Shown here in pieces: positions 46,820-56,918 of a stretch of 56,918 nucleotides of DNA. Positions within the stretch are counted from its first letter, which is position 1. Each line of letters starts with the position of its first letter. Below the pieces are notes generated by a model. That model made no database searches. It was given only the letters and a program-made list of their open reading frames with translations, and was not told the origin of the DNA. A program made the translations under genes and the position numbers. Source of the stretch: Malacoraja senta (Eukaryota); contig JAXLNO010000260.1 in the NCBI GenBank assembly GCA_038087875.1, positions 310,001-366,918 on the forward strand, in the 5' to 3' direction.

Positions 46820-49095
46820 ATTTAACATCCGAGATGTCCTCGTTCCTCAGGGCAGGGCTGGCCTTAAGCCGATTGGACCGATTGCTCCCAATTGGGCCCC
46901 GCGAGGAAGGGGGCCCCGCGCCAGAGTAATCTACTCTCGGCTCGGGTAGATCTACCCCGGGTGGAGGGGGGAGAGATGGGCGGAGAGGGAAGAAAGGGGT
47001 AGACGGGGAGGGGGTGTGAGGGGGAATGGAGAAGGGGGAGAGGGGGAGATGGGTCGTTCGCTCACGGTAGCGCTCCCGCCCCCCCAGTCACCGTGCTTCA
47101 CGCACACAGCCCCGGCTCCACCCCTCTCTCTCCCCGGGGACATGCGGTGAACAATACATGGAGGGCCAGGCCGGGTGTTGGAGCAACGTTTACAAACATC
47201 GGCCTCAGCTCACACCCGTCCGCCCAGACCCCGGCATCTGCTCCTGCCACCGGTCCTCTCCCTCCCTTCTCTCCTTCCCTTCTTTCCTCCCTCCATTCTC
47301 TCCTTCCCTCCCTCCTTCCTCTCTCTTTTCCCTTCTCTCATTCGTTCCTTCCCTTCTTTCTCTCATTCCCTCTCTCCTTTCTCTACTTCCCTCCCTCCCT
47401 CCCTTCTCTCCCTCCCTCCCTTGTCTCCCTCCCTCCCTTCTCTCCCACCCTCCCTTCTCTCCCTTCTCTCCCTCTCTCCTAACCTTCTCTCCTTCCCTCC
47501 CACACACACATAATGCACAGACAACTAACACACACACATCACACCCAGACAACTAACACACACAACTAAGTTAGGATGAGGTAGAAGCCCAAACGGTAGG
47601 ATGGGGCTGAAGCCCAAAATTTAATGCCTGGACTGGTTTTTCATCAATGGTTATTGGTTTTCCAGAAACTATTTAATTAAATTACTTTTATTTCATTCCA
47701 CAGTCACTAAAACAAGTGGTATTGTAACTGTGTACTTGTCAGAGGTGATCTACACATTTTGTTTGTTACTTGTACACTTACATGTATGCAATTTTATATT
47801 AAAATATAGCTTAGATCTGTTTGGTCCATTAAGTCACATGCACTTCTTAAGCGCACATTTTGATTACTTTCCATTCTACCATAGAGATATAAAGTCTATA
47901 ATAGACTTTAATTATATTTCTATGAATCTATAGACCTTGGCTGGGAACCTGGGGCTCACGAAAATTGTTCCCAATTGGGCCCCGCACCTCCTAAGGCCAG
48001 CCCTGCCTCAGGGAATGAGGGTTCCCCTCTTCTATCATAAATGAGGTCCTCACACAGCTTGTTCGGTATCCTGCAGCTGTGCTCTTGCTCCCCCTCCCCC
48101 TCCCCCAGTCGCAACAGGGACAGAGTCCTCCTATTCTCACCTTTCACCTCATCAGCTGTTGCATTCAACACATCATCTTCCGTCATTTTCGCCATCTCCA
48201 AAGGGATCCTACCACTAGTCACATCTTCCCATCTCCATCCCTTTTCGCATTTCACAGAGACTGTTCTCTCTGCAACTCCCTAGTTAAAACATCTCTTCCT
48301 ACCCAAACCACCCCCTCCCCAGGTACCTTCCCCTGCAATTGCAGGAGATGCAACACCTGTCCCTATACATCCTCCCTAAACTCTGTCAAAGGAGCCCAAC
48401 AGTCCTTTCAGGTTAGGCAGAGGTTCACTTGCATCTTCTCCAACTTCTCCAACTTCATCTACTGTAATGAAATTCACTTGCACCACCTCCAACCTCATCG
48501 CCAGGTGTGGCCTCCTACATATCGGCGAGACCAAGTGCATACTGGGTGATCATTTTGTTGAACACCTTCGCTTAATCCGCCTTGGCCTACATACTCTCCT
48601 GGTTGCCAAATACTTTAACTCCCCTTCCCATTGCTATACTGAACTTTCTGTCCTGTGCCTCTTCCATTGTCAGAACAAGGCCAAATGCAAATTGGAAGAA
48701 CACCATCTCATATTTCGCTTGAGCAGCTTAAAACCCAATGGTATAAATATTGATTTCTCCATCTTCTAGTAACCCTTGCATTCTTCCTCTCTCCATCCCT
48801 TCCCATCCTAGTTGTCATACTAGTTTCACTAGCGACCTGTTGAGTTTCACTCTCTGTATAGCTCGTTATCACCGAGCCCAAGCCAACAATGGACCATTGT
48901 GGGCTCCACGTTGATCATTATCACTTTTTGCATTGCTTTCATTCATTTGTTCTATATCTCACTATATCACCGCTTATATCTCTCATTTCTTTTCCCCCTG
49001 ACAGTCGGAAGAAAGTTGACAACCCAAAACATCACCTATTCTTTTTCTCCAGAGATGCTGCCTGACCCATTGAGTTACTCTTGCTTTTCATGTCT
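46820..49095 (+). mobile_element. Penelope-like retroelement 3' part (GIY-YIG endonuclease remnant plus pLTR), split by a hAT
   Basis: FPCNCRRCNTC, QRFTC, and LHIGETKCILGDHFVEHLR..VAKYFN..HLIFRLSSLKPNGINIDF (48467..48769). The terminus is at 49000-49095. Confidence 0.85.
46853..48005. mobile_element. Non-autonomous hAT DNA transposon
   Basis: 14-bp perfect TIR CAGGGCTGGCCTTA and 8-bp TSD CCTCAGGG (46845-46852, 48006-48013). Subterminal CCCAATTGGGCCCCGC at both ends and an internal CT-rich tract. Confidence 0.93.
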
Positions 49096-50312
49096 ATTTT
49101 CGACCGATTTGACCTGATTAATACCAATCCATTGATATTCTGTTCTTCCAAAAAGGAGCAAACTCATGAAATTGGAAAACTTATTGTGGTAGTGATAAAG
49201 ACTTTTAAAAATCAGTATTGAAGCAACTGCTTTTTATTTACAATATTTACTTTTGAGCCTTTTGAAATAAACTTTCATGCATGTTTGATTACCCAAGGAA
49301 CACCGATTGCTCATAATACATGAGAATGATGCTCACACTTTGCCCACAACACCAGATATTAGTGGTCAAAATGAAATAAATGTATCTCATTTTAATTTTA
49401 ATTCTTCAGAAACTTTATTGCTCTCAGTCATGGCTTAGGGTTCACATTTTCTACACTTTCCTGGCAATTTGCAACAAAATGCGGAAACGCATTTGCACAT
49501 ACTCCATATTTCTACTTGATATGGGAGAGAAACCATTTGTTTCTACTTCGTAGGTGGGATGAGAGATGTGGGTATTGAAGTGAATGGAATAAGCAGAATA
49601 GTATTAAGTAGTTTTAGCAACCAGTGGATAGATATAAGATGTTTTTGGTTTTTAAAAGAAGAGTAGAACTTTGCTTATTTTGAAATATTTCACAGATATA
49701 TAGCTCCATTTATAAAATCAACGTATTTTTGTCACATTGGAAGAAGTCATAATGCAGAGAGTGTTTGTCAAACCTTCTGTTGAAAAGAACAATTTCATAT
49801 TTGAATCATTTACATTCAGACATATGGCAGTAATATGTACCATTGACTAAATTTTCAAACATTTTCAAGTACATTGTTACTATTGTCACTAGTTATTTCA
49901 TAATTGAGGTTAATAATAGAGCAAATTAACAAAATAAATATTATGACATTCTCAGTCATTTTTCTAAATATGTGGTATAGAAATATACGCATGTTTCCAT
50001 TTTTTTTTCAATTGACTTCAATGAGATACAATTTCAGAAGCAGATAATATTGTTGCATGTGCTCCCATATTTTATAGTATAGTGGATGCAACTAAGGATA
50101 AATTTTACTTCGGAGTCACGTGAGTGACTACGTGAAGAACCCCGCCAGTGCGCCTGCGCGTCATTATGTCAGACGCCTTGACGCAAGCGGACGTGAGGAG
50201 CAGAGCTCCTCCAGTGGTTTGTAGTTTTTCAACTACAAGGTAAGAAGAAACTTTTTTCATGTTTTCCAGGTCCGTTTACTGTGGGTCTATGAGGATTTTT
50301 TCCACAGACGCG

Positions 50313-51600
50313 ATGGGAAAAAACGGACAGGGGGAAGAGGCGAGCGACACAGCCGACAGAAAGTCAGGAAAGCTGGGAGTCTGCGGTTAGCGACCAACCG
50401 CCTCTAAACCCCGGTAGAGTCGCCAGCGGTGAGCATAGCGACTGTGGACCTGGGGCTGGTGAAAACAGTCAGCGCCTGTCGGGCAAAAGACGAAGTTTAA
50501 ATCCCAACGGCCCATGGAGGGAGTCCCAGGCAATGGAAGTAGCTCCAGGGCTAGATACTGCTTTCGAGCGTATTGCCCAAATAGAAAGCCTTTTACATAG
50601 GCTGTTGGAGCAAAGTTCACTCAGGGAGGAGTGTACTGAAATCCAAGCTGCTGGAAGCAGCTCAACAGCTCCTGGTACAGGGCTAGATACTGCTTTCGAG
50701 CGTATTGCCCAAATAGAAAGCCTTTTACATAGGCTCTTGGAGCAACGTTCACTCAGGAAGGAGTGTACTGAAATCCAAGCTGCTGGAAGCAGCTCAACAG
50801 CACCTGGCACAGGGCTGATGGAATGCACCCTCAGGGATGAGGAGCGTGCTACGGGTCATGAGATTTCAGACCCCGACTCTGACGGTGAGGCTATACAAGG
50901 CGATGAACGGCAGCTGCCAGATGTTCCACCCCTAGCAGTAGGATTCGCTGCCCCGTCAGGGTCAGGAGAGCATTAGGAGAAGAACTGGCCTCCTTAATAA
51001 ATTACTTGGTTTACCATCAGCTGGAACAGCAGGAGATGGATGAGACTGCAAGAAAGCTGGAGACCCCAAGTAACTGTGGGTTGCTGAAAGCAGCAGCAGT
51101 GAACAAAATTATCTGGAATCAGTTGCAGAGAATATTAAAGCTGCTGGGTTCTGGAATAACTGCTTTTACCAGAATAGCAGATAACAGCCAAGAGATGACA
51201 AGTTGCATCAGGAAGCACTGGGGTTGCTATCCAGCACCCACTTCGAGATCAATTATCTGAGGAAGGTGCTATATGGCCTAGTATGAATCCGAAATTCGCA
51301 GCACTCTGCAAACCAAGTAATATACAATTACCCAACTTACTCTTTGGAGAGGATCTCGGGTGACGTATTAAAGAGTTGGAAGATGAAGCGAAAACAGGAT
51401 TGATAAAAACATCAATGGTTCCAAAGTCTGTAAAGAGGAAGTATCCTTTCAGACGTCATACGGATCCTAGACCAGGACCAAGTCGCTCATCAACGCAGGG
51501 ACGTAGCTGGCGGCCTGCAGCGGGAGTAAGAACCAGTGGTGGTGCTTCCGGGAGAATCCAGGGATCTCAGAATACTCAAATGACTCAAGAGGTAGGTGGA
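50313..51600 (+). pseudogene. DIRS ORF1 (gag-like), disrupted, with a 132-bp tandem duplication
   Basis: ORFs 50533..50976, 51006..51260 and 51376..; LLFGEDL motif; located upstream of RT. Confidence 0.6.
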
Positions 51601-53432
51601 CCTGGTTCTCATGGGAACATACTAACTGGATTAAGTCCAAAAGGTGGAGGCAGATTACGTCTCTTCTATAAACATTGGAAGAAGGTTACTTCAGATGTGG
51701 TAATTCTGAATAATATACAAGGATTTCGAATTGAATTCAATCCAAATTATGATTTCCCTGTCCAGCATGTTACTAGCAGAACTCTCCACTTGGCGAAGTA
51801 ATGGAGGTTCAAGATGCGCTTCAAAACCCTATATATAAAAGGTGTTCTTGAAGAATCAGTCTACCAAATTCACCAATTTGGGTCAAATATATTCCCTCGA
51901 TCAAAAAAGGATGGAGGATGTAGGATTATTATAGACTTGACAAGTCTGAATCCTATTGTTCAGTGTCTGTTCACTTGCAAGATATGAAGTATCTTAAATT
52001 TACATGGATGAACCAATTAGGGCAGTTCAAAGCTCTGCCTAATGGGTTAACGTTCGCTCCCAGAATATTCATAAAATTGTTAAAATCAATTCTGGGGTTG
52101 CTGAGAGCCAGGGGCATGTACTAATGGCATACCTGGATGATGTCCTGATTATAGGAAGGACAAAACAGTCAACAGAAGCATCGGTTGCAGTTATGAAATC
52201 AAACTTTTGAAAGTTTGGGGGTTTCTAAATTCATCCAAAGAAATCAAGATTAAAAACATGTACCTCGATTGATTATTTGGGGTTCACAATTGATTCAGCC
52301 CAAATGCAAATTACTTTGCCCAGTGAAAAAAGGGTGGAGTTGATTAAAGATTGCAGTAATCTGTTAAACGAGCAAAAACCTCTAATCAGACAGGTGGCTC
52401 GAGTACTGGGAAAATTAGTAGATTCCCAGCAGTCCAGTGTGGACCATTACATTATCAACAGCTGCAGAGAATCTAAGAACAGGCACTGAGAGTAAATGCT
52501 GGTCATTTTGATAGAACCATGCAAGTAACAACAAATGCTGTTTCTAATCTGCAGTGGTGGATTCTACATGTCTCAAGCAGTTCAGGCAAAGTGCTGATTG
52601 AACAACCTTCCATGATATTACAAACTGATGCCAGTGCACTAGGATGGGGTGCAACTGACTTAACATCTAGCTGCGGAGGCAGATGGAATCAGGAAGAGTT
52701 ATTGTTACTGCAGACATGGGGAATTACCTATTTGGAGCTTTTAGGAGGTTTCTATGGACTCCAAGCTTATGGTTCTAACACAACTAAAAGGAAGGTTCAA
52801 GTTCAAATTAATAAACACAACAGCAGTTGCCTATATTAATGATATGGGTGGAATTAAGTCGGTGTCATGTGACAAAATGGTTAAATCAACTTTGGTCTTG
52901 GTGTATTGAAAAGAACATTTGGATTTCAGCTATCTATCTACCAGGTAGAATGAACATGATAGCAGACACCAGGTCACGAAAGTTCCATGATAATAAAGAA
53001 TGGATGTTGAATCAAGAGGTATTCAATGATATAGTAATCAGATTTGGAATGCCCGACATCGACTTGAATCATCAGCTATCGAGATATGTCTCATGGAAAC
53101 CAGATCCAGGAGCAGTGGCGATTGATGCTTTCTCGCTACATTGGGGTGGTATGTTTTCATATATATTTCCACCTTTCTGCCTCATAAGCCAATGTTTGCT
53201 TAAAATCAGGCAAGATGCTGCTTCAAGGGTATTGGTAGTACCAGATTGGCCTACACAGCCATGGTATCCGTTGATATTAGAATTAATAACACAAATGTTG
53301 ATGAAAGTCCCCCCCAAAAAAACAAAAAACAAAACAAACCAAAAAAAAAAGAGTAATTTATTGCTGCACCCTGTAACAGGGGAACAACATCCATTATATG
53401 ATCATTTGGATTTGCTGATTTGCAGGTTTTAA
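51590..53432 (+). pseudogene. DIRS RT-RNase H-methyltransferase-like ORF, frameshifted
   Basis: GGRLRLFYKHW, KKDGGCRIIIDL, FKALPNGLTFAPRIF, MAYLDDVLI, LQTDASALGWG, YLPGRMNMIAD, and DAFSLHW..YIFPPF..VPDWPTQPWYP. Confidence 0.88.
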
Positions 53433-54401
53433 GAATGCCTTTTCTGGGACGAGGACTGTCTGAGAGTACTGTGGACATGCTTATGGCAGCCTGGAGGAAG
53501 AGCACTCAAAAACAGTACCTTTCTTATATTAAGAAATGGGAAGAGTTCTGTGTACAAAAGAATGTGCAAAAAAGTACTGCAGATATTTCAAGTGTTTAGC
53601 ATTTCTGTCAAAACTTTATTATGATGAAGGTCTGAGTTGTAGTGCAATTAATTCAGCCAGAAGTGCATTGTCCTCATATTTGGTTCTGGATTCAGAAAGA
53701 AACCCAATTGGGTCACACACAATTGTTTCCAGACTAATGAAAGGAATCTTTAATTCCAAACCACGGAAACCTAGGTACATGACAATCTGGGATGTAAGTG
53801 TGGTACTGAAACTACTTCGTGAATGGTCTTTACCTTTAGCCAAGTGTGTCTTTACCTTTGGCCAAGCTCAGTATGAAAGTATTCATGCTTATGGCATGAA
53901 TGACAGCACGAGTGCAAACACTTGGAAAATTACAAATAGACAGTATGGAAGTAACTGAAGACAAGGTTACATTCTATATCTATGACCTACTAAAGCAAAT
54001 TAGGCCAGGTGTGACAGGATTTAAAATTATGCTAACAGCATATCCAAATGATCCTTGTCTCAGTGTTAAGACATATTTGTTACAATACATTGAGGTCACA
54101 AAGAATTTGAGAAATACGGAAACTGGGTTGTTGATCACACACAAGAAACCACAATACAGTTTCAATACAGACTATTTCCAGATGGATAAAAGAAGTCTTA
54201 ACAGCTGCTGGTATTAACTTATGTTTTTACGTCTCACTCGACTAGGGCAGCAGAAACGTCAGCGGCCAGGGCAAAAGACGTCCCCGTTGACCATATCCTC
54301 GCAGCCGCCGGGTGGTCCAATGAGTTGATGTTTCAACATTTTTACCATCGGCCTATTGTTAATGCGGGATTGTTTGCAGAAACTATTTTAAGTTCTGTGT
54401 A
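53430..54401 (+). pseudogene. DIRS tyrosine recombinase, frameshifted
   Basis: AINSARSALS, PRYMTIWDV, TARVQTL, and HSTRAA...AAGWS...FQHFY, which includes the catalytic R, HxxR and Y. Confidence 0.88.
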
Positions 54402-55029
54402 AATTCCTTTGGTTTAAAGGGCATCTGATTAATTTCATTATTGAAATGAATTACTGCATTTGTGGTACAAATGTTATTATGAATGCATGATTGATTATTT
54501 CTAGTTCCGAGTCAATCAATGCAGTGAGAAGCCGGGATTGATCCACGGCATGAAATCACAAAGCTTTAAAATCTTCACGTAGTCACTCACGTGACTCCGA
54601 AGTAAAATAGTAAGATTAAACGAGAACTTACCTAAGTTTGAAGTTTGATCTTTATTTTATGAGGAGTTACGTAGGTGATTACGTGCCCGCCACGACCCTA
54701 CCCTCTATCATAAAGGTCAGATGGAAGTTCTTGTATTACTCATTTTATTATGAGACTATATTACTTCGGTTGTTGTTTTTTGTAATTTCACACCGCTGCT
54801 TTGAAGATTGACGCGCAGGCACACTGGCGGGGTTCTTCACGTAATCACCTACGTAACTCCTCATAAAATAAAGATCAAACTTCAAACTTAGGTAAGTTCT
54901 CGTTTAATCTTACTATTCTATCTGTTTCTTTTCACTGTTTCCCTCTTTAAAAGGAACGGTATGTATTAATGGAAATCTTCAGAACTAAACTAAACTTTTT
55001 TTTCTTTCTTAATTAATTCTTGGTAAATC

Positions 55030-55535
55030 ACAGAGATCTTCCGAAATCTATTTTGGTCTTTCTCAGTGGCAGTCAAAGGGTGCAGGTTTAGCATATGAAC
55101 CTAACACTGTTATTGGCTGCAATTCAGAAAACGCAGGGAGAGGGAGAGTTGAGAACTACAGCCCAATTAGACAAATTTCAAAGTTATTGGAAGATTTTGG
55201 AAAGACATTTGTAAAAGTAAAAGAAACTGGAAAGCATGGTATTATGGTATAAAAATAACTCTTGGTATTTATTAAATTTCTCTAAGGATGTTATTAGCAG
55301 AATAGATAAAATAAATCTAGTGGATGTGTTCTATTTGGATTTTCCAAGTGGCTTTGAGTGAGGTTCCACAATTTAAGATCCCACAAGATTTAGGGGAATA
55401 CATTACAATTGATTATGAAGTAGATAATAGGTAGAAAAAAACATGGGGATAAATGGACCTCTTTATTAGCGGAATGCTGTAACAAGTATCGTCTCTTGGG
55501 ATTAGTGCCAGGGCTTCAGCTGCATAAAATCTATA
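55030..55535 (+). mobile_element. Very old CR1 RT fragment
   Basis: VDVFYLDFPSGFE.VP resembles VDVVYLDFQKAFDKVP. Confidence 0.5.
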
Positions 55536-55539
55536 TTTC

Positions 55540-56055
55540 ACATATCTTAGCATCATTCTCTCAAGATTAGTCAACATTGATGATGAAGTCAACAAGATTG
55601 TAAAGACCAGCTCTGTTTTTGGAACGCTGAGAAGTAATGCATGGGAATGAAGTGGAATCAGCCAAAATACCAAGCTGTATTTGCATGGCGCTGTTATCTT
55701 ATACACCTACCTCTATGCTTGCAAGACATGAACAGTGAGCAGCGAACACGCTAGACAGCTTAACCACTTCCTCATGACCTGTCCGCGCAGATAACTTCAT
55801 GTCAAATGGCAAAACAAGATTCTAGACACACAAATTCTGTCCCAAGCAAATCTTCCTGGCATCTTCACATTGCTGACAGAATCAGAGATCAGGTGGACAG
55901 TACATGTCAGCAGAATATTTGATGGCAGAAAGCCAAAGCAGCAAGTTTATGGAGAGCTGACAGAGCAAGTGATCACACGGTAGACAGAAAAAGAGATTCA
56001 AAGACACTCTTAAAACATCCCTAAAGAGTTTCAACTGAAACACACAAGTGGGGAA
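55540..56055 (+). mobile_element. RTE-clade LINE fragment
   Basis: YLSIILSRLVNIDDEVN..KTSSVFGTLR, LYACKT and GRQKKRFKDTLK motifs. Confidence 0.75.
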
Positions 56056-56590
56056 ACATTGAAACATAGAAAATAGGTGCAGGAGGAGGCCATTTGGCCC
56101 TTCGAGCCAGCACCACCATTCATTGTGATCATGGCTGATCATCCCCTATCAATAATCCGTGCCTGCCTTTTCCCCATATACCTTGACTCCACTAGCCCCT
56201 AGAGCTCTATCTAACTCTCTCTTAAATCCATCCAGTGATTGCCTTCACTGCCTTCTGTGGCAGGGAATTCCATAAATTCACAACTCTCTGGGTGAAAACG
56301 TTTTTTTCTCACCTCAGTCTTAAATGACCTCCCCTTTATTCTAAGACTGTGGCCCCTGGTTCTGGACTCGCCCAACATTGGTAACATTTATCTTGCATCT
56401 AGCTTGTCCAGTCCTTTTATAATTTTATATTTTCTATAAGATATCCCCTCATCCTTCTAAACTCCAGTGAATACAAGCCTAGTCTTTTCAATCTTTCCGC
56501 ATATGACAGTCCCGCCATCCCAGGGATCAATCTCGTGAACCTACGCTGCACTGCCTCAATCACAAGGATGTCCTTCCTCAAATTAGGAAT
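56056..56590 (-). mobile_element. CR1 3' end
   Basis: ORF 56417..56599 and a GAAACATAGAAA tail. Confidence 0.88.
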
Positions 56591-56764
56591 AACAATCATT
56601 TGGCGTACCTGTATAAAATTTGGTGCTCGCTAATATGAGGAAGCTAGATTGGGGAAGCTAAGAGGTAGAGAAAATCATGAAAATAAAGACCCACTGTTGC
56701 TACAGCATTTCTAGTTTAGTTTAGTTTAGTTTAGTTTAGTTTAGAGATACAACGCGGATAGCCA

Positions 56765-56918
56765 ATGCAAGATAATAGTCGAATAAACACCGGAGGTCTC
56801 ACTTTCTGTAGTTGGAACATTAGAGGTGCGAATGAGCCAATTAAGAGGGGTAACATTCTGGCACAATTAAAATCATTAAACATGGATATTGCTTTCCTAC
56901 AAGAAATGCATTTGAAAC
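56765..56918 (+). mobile_element. L1 ORF2 start (endonuclease N-terminus), runs off the window end
   Basis: MQDNSRINTGGLTFCSWNIRGANEPIKRG..DIAFLQEMH. It is preceded by a (TTTAG)n SINE-tail scrap at about 56712-56760. Confidence 0.85.

Larger units (their letters stand above)
50102..54917 (+). mobile_element. DIRS1-like tyrosine-recombinase retrotransposon, full-length but decayed
   Basis: ATT at both ends. ITR 50129-50163 pairs with 54809-54843. The ICR has 54572-54608 complementary to the left end and 54606-54685 complementary to 54838-54917. Confidence 0.93.

Noticed and set aside
47093..47556. Ser/Leu/Pro-rich ORFs
   Set aside because: They come from a CT-rich simple repeat inside the hAT element.
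56590..56918. L1 start at the window end as the inverted missing 5' part of the L1 at 35925-39460
   Set aside because: Untestable because the window ends, and no shared breakpoint or TSD is visible.

Overview
Eukaryotic, repeat-dense genomic DNA. The repeat set (HE1/V-SINE-like SINEs, a SacSINE1/DeuSINE-like relic, CR1 LINEs with (CATAGAAA)n-type tails, Penelope hammerhead termini) suggests a cartilaginous fish, probably a skate or ray; this is an inference. No host protein-coding exon could be supported. The window is a nested stack of transposons: four L1 pieces, many CR1, Rex1/Babar, RTE, Penelope, Gypsy, two related non-autonomous Helitrons, hAT and Harbinger-like TIR elements, a 2.1-kb non-autonomous LTR element with a tRNA-Trp PBS, and a full-length decayed DIRS (RT-RNaseH-MTase-like domain, tyrosine recombinase, ITR/ICR). 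The most notable observation is an internally deleted BEL/Pao LTR retrotransposon (9418-19434, minus strand). It carries a complete tRNA-Asp(GTC) sequence with encoded CCA and a T4 run just upstream of its PPT and 3' LTR. It has no canonical TGG primer-binding site, but its leader has a 16/20 complement to the D/anticodon arm of that tRNA, so it is a candidate self-supplied-primer system. Family names come from motif recognition by eye, not database searches, and the boundaries of old fragments are approximate.
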